From positions 64,382 to 128,381 of the forward strand of contig JAIDRT010000050.1 in assembly GCA_029061605.1 (NCBI GenBank): 64,000 nt of DNA. The letters run 5' to 3'. Under the pieces are notes generated by a model. The model saw only the letters and a program-made list of their open reading frames with translations. It made no database searches and had not been told where the DNA came from. The translations under genes were made by a program, and so were the position numbers. Below, piece by piece: positions 9,749 to 19,303 of the stretch. The stretch's first letter is position 1, and each line of letters starts with the position of its first letter. Origin of the DNA: Clostridia bacterium. Its GTDB lineage: Bacteria; Bacillota; Clostridia; Christensenellales; UBA3700.

Positions 9749-10627
9749 ATGAATGGATTTGCAGTAATAAATAAAGGACTTGGAATATCTTCAAGTGACG
9801 TTGTGATCAAGTGCAGAAATGCATTAAGTCGCGCTATCAATGAAAAAACCAAGTGCGGGCATATGGGTACGCTTGACCCTATGGCAGAAGGCGTATTGAT
9901 AATTGCTTTTGGCAATGCTACGAGGCTTTTTGATTACTTGCTTTCAAAAGAAAAGTCGTATGAAGCAACTTTTACTTTTGGCGAGGCAAGAGACACTGTT
10001 GACAGAGCGGGCAAGGTAATCGCAACTTCTGATTTACCTCAGTACCAAAGAGTATTGGACGTTTTGCCCAATTTTATAGGAGAGATATCTCAAGTTCCGC
10101 CAAAGTACAGCGCCGTCAACGTCAACGGTCAGCGCGCTTACGATATGGCGAGAGCGGGCAAGGACTTCCAACTTGACGCAAAGAAAGTGACGGTAAAAGA
10201 TATAACAGTCTTGGATAAGACTCTCATAGGCGACTTTTGTAAGGATTTAAAAGTTTCGATTACTTGCGGTAGCGGAACTTATATTAGAAGTCTTTGCAGT
10301 GATATAGCAAAAGAAGCGGGCGTATGCGGATATATGTCTAAGTTGACGAGAGTGGCTTGCGGCGGATATACGTTGCAAGATTCTGTTGAATTGAATGAGT
10401 TTATAAAAAATCCTTATGAAAACGTGCGCAACGTAAAGGGACTTTTGCAACAAGTTATGCCTGTAATTCAACTTGATGAAAAATCTTATATCAAACTACG
10501 TAACGGAAGATGTATAGACAGTGATTTGCAAGAGGGAACTTACGGAGTTGAATATAACTCCAACGTATGTTTTATAATCAGCGTAAAGCGTAATAAAGCA
10601 AAATCGGTGTGCTATTTGCAAGATTGA
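9749..10627 (+). CDS. truB: tRNA pseudouridine-55 synthase TruB
   Basis: The catalytic motif 'GHMGTLDPMAEGVL', plus 'PPKYSAVNVNGQRAYDMAR'. Confidence 0.95.
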   Translation: MNGFAVINKGLGISSSDVVIKCRNALSRAINEKTKCGHMGTLDPMAEGVLIIAFGNATRLFDYLLSKEKSYEATFTFGEARDTVDRAGKVIATSDLPQYQRVLDVLPNFIGEISQVPPKYSAVNVNGQRAYDMARAGKDFQLDAKKVTVKDITVLDKTLIGDFCKDLKVSITCGSGTYIRSLCSDIAKEAGVCGYMSKLTRVACGGYTLQDSVELNEFIKNPYENVRNVKGLLQQVMPVIQLDEKSYIKLRNGRCIDSDLQEGTYGVEYNSNVCFIISVKRNKAKSVCYLQD

Positions 10628-10633
10628 CACAAT

Positions 10634-11560
10634 ATGAGCAGATGGAAAGGCATAAAGACAATAGAATATACCCAAAGTTGTGAAGAAGATTTGGTAGTAG
10701 CGCTTGGATTTTTTGACTGTCTTCATATTGGTCACACCAAGTTGATAGAATCTGCAAAATTACTTGCATTTAGAAAAAACGCTAAATGCGGAGTATTTAC
10801 TTTTGACAACAATCCTTTTGCTATTCTTGGAAGAGAAGATTGCGGACAGATACTGAGTTTTGAAGAAAGATTGACAAGACTGGACGATTTGAGAGTTGAG
10901 TATTGCATCAAAGCAAGATTTGACAGAGAATTTTCACAGTTTAAGCCTTTGGAGTTTCTAAAAAGATTAGCCAAGAATAAATTTATAAAAGGCGTCGTGG
11001 TCGGAAGAGATTACACGTTTGGCGCAAAGGGCGAAGGTGACGTAGAATTGCTGTCAAAGTGGTGCGAAGACAATTCCGTAGAACTCATTATCGAGCCGTT
11101 TGCAGAGGATGACGGCGGAAAAATCTCCTCAACAAGAGTGCGGAAATTGCTTTGTGATGGGGACTTGGAGCAAGCGAATATTTATCTTGGACAACCTTAT
11201 TTTATTATAGGACAAGTGGCGCACGGCAAACAACGCGGAAGAAATATAGGATTTGCCACCGCAAATATAGAATATCCCCAAGACAAACTCAAAATCAAGT
11301 CGGGAGTATATTACACTCGGGTTTTGGTCAACGGAGTATGGCTCAAGGCGGTCACCAACGTAGGCGAGCATCCGACCTTTGACGATATGAACTTTAATAT
11401 CGAAAGTCATATTTTGTTTTACAAAAACGATCTTTACGGCAAAAAAATCACCGTAAGGTTTTTACAGCGTATACGCGATATAAAAAAATTCACTTCAAAA
11501 GAAGAACTTGCCGATAGAATTAGCAAAGACGTGAGTTTTGCTTTGGATAGTAAGATGTGA
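10634..11560 (+). CDS. ribF: Bifunctional riboflavin kinase / FMN adenylyltransferase
   Basis: 'ALGFFDCLHIGH' (nucleotidyltransferase), 'ISSTRVRKLL', and the kinase part 'GKQRGRNIGFATANI...YGKKITVRF'. Confidence 0.93.
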   Translation: MSRWKGIKTIEYTQSCEEDLVVALGFFDCLHIGHTKLIESAKLLAFRKNAKCGVFTFDNNPFAILGREDCGQILSFEERLTRLDDLRVEYCIKARFDREFSQFKPLEFLKRLAKNKFIKGVVVGRDYTFGAKGEGDVELLSKWCEDNSVELIIEPFAEDDGGKISSTRVRKLLCDGDLEQANIYLGQPYFIIGQVAHGKQRGRNIGFATANIEYPQDKLKIKSGVYYTRVLVNGVWLKAVTNVGEHPTFDDMNFNIESHILFYKNDLYGKKITVRFLQRIRDIKKFTSKEELADRISKDVSFALDSKM

Positions 11561-11567
11561 GGTATCT

Positions 11568-12419
11568 ATGATAAAATTTGGACCTAGCGGACTGTGTCAG
11601 CAGTTTGCTGAAAGTGGAAAAAAACACACGATCGAGGCTGGAAAGTGGCTCAAAGATATGGGGCTTGACTGTTTTGAGTATTCTTTTGGCAGAGGCGTAA
11701 TGATAAAAAGCCAAACTGCTGAGGAAATCGGTAAAGAATTTTTTCAAAACGGTATTGAGATAAGCGTTCACGCTCCATACTTCATAAATCTTGCTACACA
11801 AGAAGAGGACAAGGCTGTCAATAATCACAGATATATATTTGATTCATTGAGAGCGTTGAGAGCCTTCGGCGGAAAAAGATGCGTTTTTCACCCGGGAAGT
11901 CCGTTGAAAACTCCAAGAGCAGAGGCAATGAAAGTATTACTTCAAAGATTTGAAGAGGTTTTGAATATCAAAAATCAAGAGGGATTTGACGACTTGATAC
12001 TTTGTCCTGAGACTATGGGCAAGATTGCGCAACTAGGCGACTTGGAAGAAGTGATTGCGATGTGCAAGTTGGGAGACGATAATGTAGTACCTTGCATTGA
12101 CTTTGGTCATCTCAACTCCAGAGAAAAAGGACTTTATTTCACAAAAGACGACTATAAGCGTACTATTGACAGGCTTTTAGAGGGCGTTGGCGAGAGCAAA
12201 ACCGACAGAATGCACGTGCATTTCTCCAAAATCCAATATTCTTCGGGCGGAGAAGTGAGACATTTGACTTTTGAGGATACGCAGTACGGTCCAGAGTTTG
12301 AGCCGCTTATGCAAGTATTTGCCGATTACAAACTCAATCCATACATCGTTTGCGAATCTGCGGGCACTCAAACAAGAGACGCTTTGGCAATGAAGACTTA
12401 CTACAAATCTTTGGTTTGA
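11568..12419 (+). CDS. AP endonuclease family 2 / endonuclease IV-like TIM-barrel protein
   Basis: Motifs 'VHAPYFINLA', 'FHPGS', 'PETMGK' and 'IDFGHLN' are laid out as in Nfo-type metal ligands. ATG at 11568 just after the ribF stop. Confidence 0.6.
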   Translation: MIKFGPSGLCQQFAESGKKHTIEAGKWLKDMGLDCFEYSFGRGVMIKSQTAEEIGKEFFQNGIEISVHAPYFINLATQEEDKAVNNHRYIFDSLRALRAFGGKRCVFHPGSPLKTPRAEAMKVLLQRFEEVLNIKNQEGFDDLILCPETMGKIAQLGDLEEVIAMCKLGDDNVVPCIDFGHLNSREKGLYFTKDDYKRTIDRLLEGVGESKTDRMHVHFSKIQYSSGGEVRHLTFEDTQYGPEFEPLMQVFADYKLNPYIVCESAGTQTRDALAMKTYYKSLV

Positions 12420-12483
12420 GAAAATAGTCATTGATTTTGCGTATAGACTTTACATATATCTAAAATTATGTTAAAATAATTTT

Positions 12484-13515
12484 ATGGATATTTGCAGACA
12501 GTTATACGATATGGCGGGAGTGGACACACTCGTAATATTGACTCCGTCAAACACGCGGTATCTGTCGGGATATGCATCCACTAACTGTCAGATTATTTTG
12601 ACTAAGCGCAATTCGTATTTTCTCACAGATATGAGATACTATCTTGAGGCAAAAGATTTTCTTGGAAAGAGATTTGAAGTGTTGTGTAAAGATATCAAAT
12701 CGTCGGCAAACCTTATTGAAGGCAATAAAATAGGCATTGAGAATGATATTTCTTATGGACAATATAAGACGATTTCTCAAATTGTCGGAGACAATCTCAT
12801 TGATATTACGCCGTCTGTATCAGCGCTGCGAGATATCAAGGCAGATTGCGAAATACAGTGCGTGAAAAAGGCGCAAAGCGTAACAGAACTCGCTTACACA
12901 GAAGCGCTTAAGATAATAAAAGAAGGCGTGAGCGAAGTTGAGTTGGCGGCGTATATCGAGTATATTATGAAGAGAAACGGCTGTCAGATAGCCTTTGACT
13001 CTATAGTTGCCTTTGGGGATCATACGGCAAGTCCGCACGCTCATCCAAGTCAAAGAAGGCTCAAGAGCGGTGACTTTATCACTATGGATATAGGCGCGAA
13101 ATACGAGGGGTATTGTTCAGATATGACGAGGACGGTCGGATATGGGCAATTGAGTACAAAGCAAGTTGAGATATACAATCACGTACTTAAAGCGCAAAAC
13201 CTCGCTATCGGCAAGTTGAAAGCAGGTATGACTGGCAGAGAAGGAGACTCGATTGCAAGAGATTACTTCAAAGAATGTGGACTGGAGCAATATTTCACTC
13301 ATTCGCTTGGACACGGAGTGGGAATTGATATTCACGAAGGAGTAGGACTCACGCCAAGAGAAGAGGGACTTTTGCAGCCTAATATGATTGTGACCGTAGA
13401 GCCGGGATTGTATATAGACGGAGAATTTGGCGTACGCATAGAAAATATGGTACAAATTACGCAAAGCGGAGTCATTGATTTGACTAATACAGATAAACAA
13501 CTAACTATACTATAA
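12484..13515 (+). CDS. Xaa-Pro aminopeptidase/dipeptidase (M24B family)
   Basis: Metal ligands 'DMGAKYEGYCSDMTRT', 'HSLGHGVGIDIHE', 'VEPGLY' and 'RIEN'. Conserved neighbour of efp. Confidence 0.9.
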   Translation: MDICRQLYDMAGVDTLVILTPSNTRYLSGYASTNCQIILTKRNSYFLTDMRYYLEAKDFLGKRFEVLCKDIKSSANLIEGNKIGIENDISYGQYKTISQIVGDNLIDITPSVSALRDIKADCEIQCVKKAQSVTELAYTEALKIIKEGVSEVELAAYIEYIMKRNGCQIAFDSIVAFGDHTASPHAHPSQRRLKSGDFITMDIGAKYEGYCSDMTRTVGYGQLSTKQVEIYNHVLKAQNLAIGKLKAGMTGREGDSIARDYFKECGLEQYFTHSLGHGVGIDIHEGVGLTPREEGLLQPNMIVTVEPGLYIDGEFGVRIENMVQITQSGVIDLTNTDKQLTIL

Positions 13516-13536
13516 ACACAAATTTGGAGGTATTTT

Positions 13537-14103
13537 ATGGCTGATTTTATATTGGCAGGAGATTTTAGAAAGGGCGTTACGTTTGAAATGGACGGCAAAG
13601 TCGTCACTATCGTTGACTTTTTGCACGTTAAGCCGGGCAAGGGCGCCGCATTCGTTCGCACCAAACTCAGAGACGTTATCAACGGCGGTACCGTTGAAAT
13701 GACGTTCAACCCAACGGCGAAATTCCAGACTGCTCATATCGAGCATAAGACAATGGTATATTCTTACAACGACGGCGATCTTTATTATTTTATGGATCCC
13801 AATACCTTTGATATGTTGCCTATCAACGGCGAGGCAGCCGAAGACGCTCTCAAATTCGTTATGGAAAACGGAGAAGTTACCGTATCTTTCTACAACGGCA
13901 GCCCATTCTCTGTTGAGGCTCCCAACTTTGTAGAACTTTTGATTACGCATTGCGAGCCTGGCGCAAAGGGCAATACTACCCAAGGCGCAACCAAGCCAGC
14001 AACTCTAGAGACTGGATTTACGTTGCAAGTTCCGCTTTTCGTCAACGAAGGTGATACTATCAGAGTTGATACGCGTACTGGCTCATATATGTCCAGAGTT
14101 TAA
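13537..14103 (+). CDS. efp: Elongation factor P
   Basis: 188 aa. '[18 protein letters not shown]', 'VEAPNFVEL' and 'TEPGAKGNT'-like motifs. GGAGG RBS. Confidence 0.97.
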   Translation: MADFILAGDFRKGVTFEMDGKVVTIVDFLHVKPGKGAAFVRTKLRDVINGGTVEMTFNPTAKFQTAHIEHKTMVYSYNDGDLYYFMDPNTFDMLPINGEAAEDALKFVMENGEVTVSFYNGSPFSVEAPNFVELLITHCEPGAKGNTTQGATKPATLETGFTLQVPLFVNEGDTIRVDTRTGSYMSRV

Positions 14104-14110
14104 TGTTTTT

Positions 14111-14272
14111 GTTGGGCGAGAAGAGAGGCTAGTCAAATCCAAAATGCATCTTTTCCGCCAAAATAGTATTTGGCTCAAACCGACGTACAGCAAGTACGAC
14201 GGCTCTCGCCAAATACTATTTTGACAAAAAATCTACTATTTTGTTTTTTGCCTATCTCCCTTCTCGCCCAAC
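14111..14272. repeat. 162-nt long imperfect inverted repeat (rod-like hairpin)
   Basis: Outer arms are a perfect 13 bp (14111-14123 gttgggcgagaag with 14260-14272). Inner arms are a perfect 16 bp (14159-14174 caaaatagtatttggc with 14208-14223). The apical stem is cgtac/gtacg at 14184-14198. Confidence 0.8.
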
Positions 14273-14288
14273 GAGAGGGGAGTTTTTT
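14256..14288 (+). terminator. Rho-independent terminator downstream of efp
   Basis: An 11-bp stem ctcccttctcg/cgagaggggag (one G-U pair), loop cccaa, followed by TTTTTT. Its 5' arm overlaps the right arm of the long inverted repeat. Confidence 0.8.
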
Positions 14289-14317
14289 AAGTAATTAAGT
14301 TATTTATCTTATGGCAC

Positions 14318-14394
14318 CTTGAGCGAAGTCGAGAGGCCTTTTTCCGTTCATTCCAATGTCATTCCGACCAAAACGAAGCGGCGTGGAGAAATCT
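14318..14394. repeat. Short dispersed motif copies B1/B2 (same family as 3422-3448)
   Basis: 'cttgagcgaagtcgagagg' (14318-14336) and 'gtcattccgaccaaaacgaagcggcgtggagaaatct' (14358-14394). There is also a tandem 'tcattcc' pair. Confidence 0.4.
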
Positions 14395-14520
14395 CAACAA
14401 TATTAATAACACTAATCGACACACAAGAAGTGACGTCGTATTTTTTTGTCGAAAAATTTATTGATTTTGATATGTTTGTAATATTGGCATAGTCACATAT
14501 TCGCGTAATTATTATATTGT

Positions 14521-15381
14521 ATGGAAATGATATTGTCAAAGTTGTTGCCGATTTATTTATTCAACGAACTTTATAAAAAAGTTGATTTTAACGTTCTTAC
14601 TGAAGTGAGAATGCGACTTGATAAGCCGTTGTATTACGCTGAGGCGGGAAAGTACAAAAAAATTGACGATTTGACTGTAAGCAAAGACGATTTGTTCTAT
14701 ACGCTTGGAGTGGCAACAAAGACGTCGCTATACGCATACAACGATTATTTGGCAGAAGGATATATCACTTATGACGGTGGAATAAGGATAGGAATTACTG
14801 GCGAAGGTGTGATAAAAAGCGGTCGTTTATCCACACTCAAAAACATAACTTCACTATGTATAAGGATACCTAGATACGTAGAAATTCACAACGAGAAAGT
14901 TGACGGACTGTTAAATAAATTTGACAATACATTGATAATATCCAAGCCGGGATATGGCAAGACGACTTTGTTAAGATATATGATCAAATCGTTGTCGGAC
15001 AGAGAATATAACGTGTTGGTATTGGACGAGAGAGGGGAGTTGAGCGGCGTCGTCGACGGAAACCTGTCTATTGACTTGGGCGCCTGTACGGATATCGTCG
15101 TTGGCGTGCCCAAAATCACTGCGTATTCTTCGCAAGTGCGAAGTATGCGTCCCGACGTCATAGCAACTGACGAGATATTCGGCGAAAAAGAAATCGAATG
15201 TATTCTAGACTGCATAAGGTGCGGAGTAAAGGTCATTGCGACTTTGCATTCAGACAAAATATCCAAAGTTAAAAAAAGTCCTATATATTCTCGGCTTTTG
15301 AGCGATTTTCGCTACGTGGTGTCTATTATAGGCATAGGCAATATTGACAGGGTTGTCGATTTGAGAGGCAATTATGCTTAA
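14521..15381 (+). CDS. spoIIIAA: Stage III sporulation protein AA (ATPase)
   Basis: Walker A 'SKPGYGKTTLLRY', Walker B 'VLVLDE'. First gene of an 8-gene operon in canonical order. Confidence 0.9.
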   Translation: MEMILSKLLPIYLFNELYKKVDFNVLTEVRMRLDKPLYYAEAGKYKKIDDLTVSKDDLFYTLGVATKTSLYAYNDYLAEGYITYDGGIRIGITGEGVIKSGRLSTLKNITSLCIRIPRYVEIHNEKVDGLLNKFDNTLIISKPGYGKTTLLRYMIKSLSDREYNVLVLDERGELSGVVDGNLSIDLGACTDIVVGVPKITAYSSQVRSMRPDVIATDEIFGEKEIECILDCIRCGVKVIATLHSDKISKVKKSPIYSRLLSDFRYVVSIIGIGNIDRVVDLRGNYA

Positions 15382-15874
15382 ATTTGCAATCAGCGGAGTC
15401 TTATGTTTTGTATCGGCATATCTGGGGATTGCAGGCAAAAATTACTATGACAAAAGGTGCAAATATCTCAAAGATTTTGACGACTTTTTGTCGTCGTTGC
15501 GAGACGGAATTAGTTATGCAAAAGACAAATTACCGCAGATAGGTCGCAAGTTTTTAGCAGGAGGAAAAGGCGCTTTTTATAGCGATCTTGAAGAATTTAT
15601 TTGCCTTGCAGAAAGCGGAAATCCCTCACAAGAGCAAGTGAAAAAGTGTTTTGATAGCAAATATCTATCCAAGTTTGACAAGATTTTGCTAAAAGAGTTT
15701 TTCTCTGAACTTGGAAGATTTGATTACGATACGCAGATGTCCAGACTTGATTTGACGGTATCGCAACTCAAAAAAACTATAGAAAAAGCCGAAAAAGATC
15801 GCAGAACGACAGGAAGTCTTCTGCCAAAGTTGGGATTGATACTCGGCATAGCAATTATGATAATTTTAGCGTAG
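15374..15874 (+). CDS. spoIIIAB: Stage III sporulation protein AB
   Basis: 166 aa with TM helices at the N- and C-termini. Overlaps spoIIIAA by 8 nt. Assigned by position in the operon. Confidence 0.8.
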   Translation: MLKFAISGVLCFVSAYLGIAGKNYYDKRCKYLKDFDDFLSSLRDGISYAKDKLPQIGRKFLAGGKGAFYSDLEEFICLAESGNPSQEQVKKCFDSKYLSKFDKILLKEFFSELGRFDYDTQMSRLDLTVSQLKKTIEKAEKDRRTTGSLLPKLGLILGIAIMIILA

Positions 15875-15881
15875 GTGAATT

Positions 15882-16079
15882 ATGGCAATTGATATTATCT
15901 TCAAAATAGCAGGAATAGGATTGCTCACCGCAATCATCAACGTCATTTTGAAAAAGAGCGACAAAGACGAGATAGCGACTTACGTCACAATAGCGGGACT
16001 TATACTCGTGCTGATAATGGTGCTGGATATGCTCGGCGGGCTCTTTGACACTTTGAAGTCAATTCTCAATCTTTATTAG
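15882..16079 (+). CDS. spoIIIAC: Stage III sporulation protein AC
   Basis: A 65-aa two-TM protein, 'IFKIAGIGLLTAIINVILKKSDKDE', typical of SpoIIIAC. Confidence 0.88.
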   Translation: MAIDIIFKIAGIGLLTAIINVILKKSDKDEIATYVTIAGLILVLIMVLDMLGGLFDTLKSILNLY

Positions 16080-16083
16080 GGCT

Positions 16084-16467
16084 ATGGATATATTTAAGAT
16101 AGTTGGTATAGCAATAGTGGGGTGCGTGTGTACGTTGCTTCTCAAAAATACTCAATCGCAGTACGCAATGCTGTCTTCGCTTGCCACCGGAATAATCATA
16201 TTGATAATTGCGCTTTCGTCATTTTCCAAAGTCATTTTATCTTTTCAGGCAATCATAGACAAGACTGGCGTCAACAGCGAACTTTTTGCTACGCTTTTGA
16301 AGATAATCGGAATTGGGTATATCACCGAATATTCGCAGAGCGTATGCGAAGATTTAGAGTGCGGCAGTATAGGCAAAAAAGTTTCGTTCGCAGGCAAAAT
16401 CGCGATATTTTTATTGGCTTTGCCTATTATAGAAAACCTTATCAACACAGTTACGGAGATATTGTGA
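16084..16467 (+). CDS. spoIIIAD: Stage III sporulation protein AD
   Basis: 127-aa polytopic membrane protein, 'IFKIVGIAIVG...LLKIIGIGYITEY', paralogous to AC. Assigned also by position. Confidence 0.88.
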   Translation: MDIFKIVGIAIVGCVCTLLLKNTQSQYAMLSSLATGIIILIIALSSFSKVILSFQAIIDKTGVNSELFATLLKIIGIGYITEYSQSVCEDLECGSIGKKVSFAGKIAIFLLALPIIENLINTVTEIL

Positions 16468-16468
16468 A

Positions 16469-17689
16469 ATGAAATATAGATGCAAAATATCGACCTATAT
16501 CCAATATTTTTGTATTTTGTTGATACTTTGCGTAGCGCTGGCGACATACATAATTCGACCTGATGGAGTATGTTACGCCGACAATACAAAAGACTCGCAG
16601 GAGATACTTGAAGACAACATAGATCAAAATTTGTCGGGGCTTGATCTAGACTCGCTTCAACAACTGTTTGAGTCGCTTGACGGAGACTTTAAATCGCTCT
16701 TTGGCGAAGACGTTGTGACTACTGTCAAAGGCATAATACAGGGGACTTTCAAGGGAGATTTTTCCACCTTTATTGGCGTGATGCTCAAAGGTCTCGGCAA
16801 ATGCGTGCTGGACGTATTGCCAATGGTTTTGACTATCATAGCCGTAGCGATAATATACAGTTTGCTAGAAGGACTTACCTCGTCTTTTGCTCAAAAACCT
16901 ACTAGAAAACTTATATACTTTGCTACATATAGCGCAATAATAGTGCTTGTTATGGCGCAAGTGGGAGGAATGATAGCGCTCACTACCAACACTATAGGCA
17001 GCGTAAAGTTGCTTATGGAAAGTCTTTTTCCAATACTGCTGACTTTGACGACGTTGCTTGGCGGAGTAAACTCTTCAGCGTTTTTCTCGCCATTGATGGC
17101 TACGTTGACTACGTTTATTACAGCGTTTATTTCGTCAGTAATTATTCCGTTTTTTATTGCTACGATTGCTTTTTCTATAGTCGGCAATATGACGTCCAGC
17201 GTCAAATTGGACAAACTTACAGGTTTTTTCAAATCTACGGCAACTTACGTATTGGGCGGAGTCTTTGGTATATTCATAGCATTTTTGACGTTTCAAGGTT
17301 TGACAGGCGGAGTAATCGACAGTATATCTATAAAAACTGCTAAATTTGCGTTGCAAAGTTATATCCCAATTCTTGGCGGCTATTTGTCTGACGGATTTGA
17401 CTTGATGCTAGCAAGTCTGGTATTGATAAAAAACTCGCTTGGTATAGTGTCACTGTTAATGATACTTGGCGTGATTGCTTTGCCAACTCTCAAGATAATA
17501 ATTTTGAGCCTTGCGCTCAAACTTGCAAGCGGAATAATCGAGCCGTTATGCGACAGCAAGTTCAGCAAGATGCTGCAAAGCATATCTTCCAATCTGACTT
17601 TGCTCATAGTGTCGTTGCTAGGAGTGGCATTTATGTTTTTGCTCACTGTAATGCTTGTTATATATACGTTTAACATAGGCATAGCGTAG
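16469..17689 (+). CDS. spoIIIAE: Stage III sporulation protein AE
   Basis: 406-aa polytopic membrane protein with a signal/TM N-terminus. Assigned by position and size. Confidence 0.88.
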   Translation: MKYRCKISTYIQYFCILLILCVALATYIIRPDGVCYADNTKDSQEILEDNIDQNLSGLDLDSLQQLFESLDGDFKSLFGEDVVTTVKGIIQGTFKGDFSTFIGVMLKGLGKCVLDVLPMVLTIIAVAIIYSLLEGLTSSFAQKPTRKLIYFATYSAIIVLVMAQVGGMIALTTNTIGSVKLLMESLFPILLTLTTLLGGVNSSAFFSPLMATLTTFITAFISSVIIPFFIATIAFSIVGNMTSSVKLDKLTGFFKSTATYVLGGVFGIFIAFLTFQGLTGGVIDSISIKTAKFALQSYIPILGGYLSDGFDLMLASLVLIKNSLGIVSLLMILGVIALPTLKIIILSLALKLASGIIEPLCDSKFSKMLQSISSNLTLLIVSLLGVAFMFLLTVMLVIYTFNIGIA

Positions 17690-17730
17690 AGGTTGATGCG
17701 CTTGAGAATATTAAATAAACGAGGTGTGAT

Positions 17731-18177
17731 ATGAGCGGTTGGCTTATAGGAATTGTAGGAGTAGTATCGCTTGGAGTGCTTATCGAAGTGCTGTTGCCTG
17801 AGGGAGAGAACAGTAAGTACATAAGGGGTATATTTTCCATAATTGTTATATTCGTAATAATTTCGCCATTGCCAAAACTTGCAAAGGGCGACTATATCAA
17901 AGGATTTACTTCGCAGTCGCAAGAGATATCTATTGATAATGAATACTACGAAAGCGTCAAAGACGATATTCAAATAAAAGTTGAGGACAATCTCAAAGAA
18001 AAGTTGGAGAAAGCAGGTTATAATGACTTGTCCTTCGACATACAATTTGATGAAGAATATGTTTTTATGATAAACAAAATCGTCGTACGCGGCAAAGATT
18101 TAGACGAACAGCGGTGGCAAGAGTTGACGGAGTTTTTACGCGCAGTCTCAGGCAACGCAAAAATTGAAAAAGCATAG
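17731..18177 (+). CDS. spoIIIAF: Stage III sporulation protein AF
   Basis: 148 aa with two N-terminal TM helices and a soluble ring-building-motif-like C-terminus. Assigned by position. Confidence 0.8.
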   Translation: MSGWLIGIVGVVSLGVLIEVLLPEGENSKYIRGIFSIIVIFVIISPLPKLAKGDYIKGFTSQSQEISIDNEYYESVKDDIQIKVEDNLKEKLEKAGYNDLSFDIQFDEEYVFMINKIVVRGKDLDEQRWQELTEFLRAVSGNAKIEKA

Positions 18178-18616
18178 ATTTTCAATGCAAGAGGTTATAA
18201 AGGTGGAAAAAGTAAAGAAAATTGTAGAAAAATGCAAAAAAATTAAAGGTTTTGAAATAATTTGCGCATTAGTCATAGCCGCGATAGCCATATGCATATA
18301 TTTTAGTGTAAATGCGATAACGAGCAACACGGACAAATCTCACACGACTACGCAAAAGCAAAGCGGTCTCGTTGGAGAGATACAGGAAATTCTTTCCGGC
18401 ATAGACGGAGTGGGCGACTGTCAAGTGCTGATAACCTATAAGGCTGGACAAGATACGCAAGAGGTAGATAATCTCAATTCTACTGACAATATTCAAGGAG
18501 TCGTAGTCGTTGCGAGAGGCGCAAACGACGTATTGACAAGAATAAAGATAGTAAACGCGCTATGTACTCTATTAAAAATAGATGCAAATAATATTCAAAT
18601 CTTTGAAATGAAATAA
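18164..18616 (+). CDS. spoIIIAG: Stage III sporulation protein AG
   Basis: A single TM helix followed by a C-terminal 'GVGDCQVLITY...GVVVVARGA' YscJ/FliF-like ring domain. The start is uncertain: TTG 18164, ATG 18185, or GTG 18203 with an AGAGG RBS. Confidence 0.82.
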   Translation: MKKHRFSMQEVIKVEKVKKIVEKCKKIKGFEIICALVIAAIAICIYFSVNAITSNTDKSHTTTQKQSGLVGEIQEILSGIDGVGDCQVLITYKAGQDTQEVDNLNSTDNIQGVVVVARGANDVLTRIKIVNALCTLLKIDANNIQIFEMK

Positions 18617-18628
18617 TTGGAGGTCATT

Positions 18629-19150
18629 ATGGCAAAAACAGAAAAAAGAAAGAAGTTATCTTCAAACGCAAAGAAAGCGCTCGTGCTTTGTTGTATGGTA
18701 GGGCTTTTGGTTGTGACAGGTGTGTTGAACTTTGTGCTCAATTCCCAAATCAACAATCCTACCGACGTCGGTACCAACGGCGGAGACGGCAATGCTGTCG
18801 AAACTTTCTTCAACTCTCACCGCAGCAACAGAGAGACTGCAAGAGCAGAGGAATTCAGTTATCTTGACGCAATAATCAAGTCGGAAAGCGCAAGCGAAAC
18901 CGTCAAGGCAAGCGCAGAGCAAAAGCAAGTTGAATTGCTTGAGTTTATTGAAAAAGAACTCGTGCTGGAGAGCATCATCAAAGCCAAGGGATTTGACGAC
19001 GCGGTGGTAACTATGTCTACCAATAATCTCAACGTCATTGTCAACAAAGCGGAACTCACTTCGCAAGACGTAGCGCAGATCGTCGGAGCAATGCTCAGCG
19101 AAACAGATTACGCTCGCAATCAAGTCTACGTAATGTCATACTCGGTTTAA
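18629..19150 (+). CDS. spoIIIAH: Stage III sporulation protein AH
   Basis: ATG at 18629 after GGAGG. An N-terminal TM helix is followed by a YscJ-like domain. Last gene of the operon. Confidence 0.82.
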   Translation: MAKTEKRKKLSSNAKKALVLCCMVGLLVVTGVLNFVLNSQINNPTDVGTNGGDGNAVETFFNSHRSNRETARAEEFSYLDAIIKSESASETVKASAEQKQVELLEFIEKELVLESIIKAKGFDDAVVTMSTNNLNVIVNKAELTSQDVAQIVGAMLSETDYARNQVYVMSYSV

Positions 19151-19177
19151 TATAAAGACAATAAATAAGTATTATTG

Positions 19178-19208
19178 AAAATGCCGATCTTTTTAGGTCG
19201 GCATTTTG
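19178..19208 (+). terminator. Rho-independent terminator after spoIIIAH
   Basis: Stem atgccga/tcggcat extended by A/T pairs, followed by TTTT. Confidence 0.7.
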
Positions 19209-19303
19209 ATATTTTAAGTCAATAATTATTATAATAATTAAATAAACTGACTTGTCAAAAGCACTTTGATATGCTAGAATATAAATTGGCAAAGGAGGTA
19301 TAT

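Noticed and set aside
14447-14453. A perfect Spo0A '0A box' (TGTCGAA) about 70 bp upstream of spoIIIAA.
   Set aside because: A single 7-mer is expected by chance several times in 64 kb, and the same heptamer occurs inside nusA. spoIIIA is classically sigma-E dependent, and I could not place a convincing sigma-E promoter.
16122-16472. A 116-aa ORF in an alternative frame overlapping spoIIIAD.
   Set aside because: It lies on the same strand but out of frame with a well-supported membrane protein gene. Its composition is arginine-rich nonsense.
17380-18045. A 221-aa ORF antisense to spoIIIAE/spoIIIAF.
   Set aside because: It is a shadow ORF across an intact operon, with no RBS or motifs.
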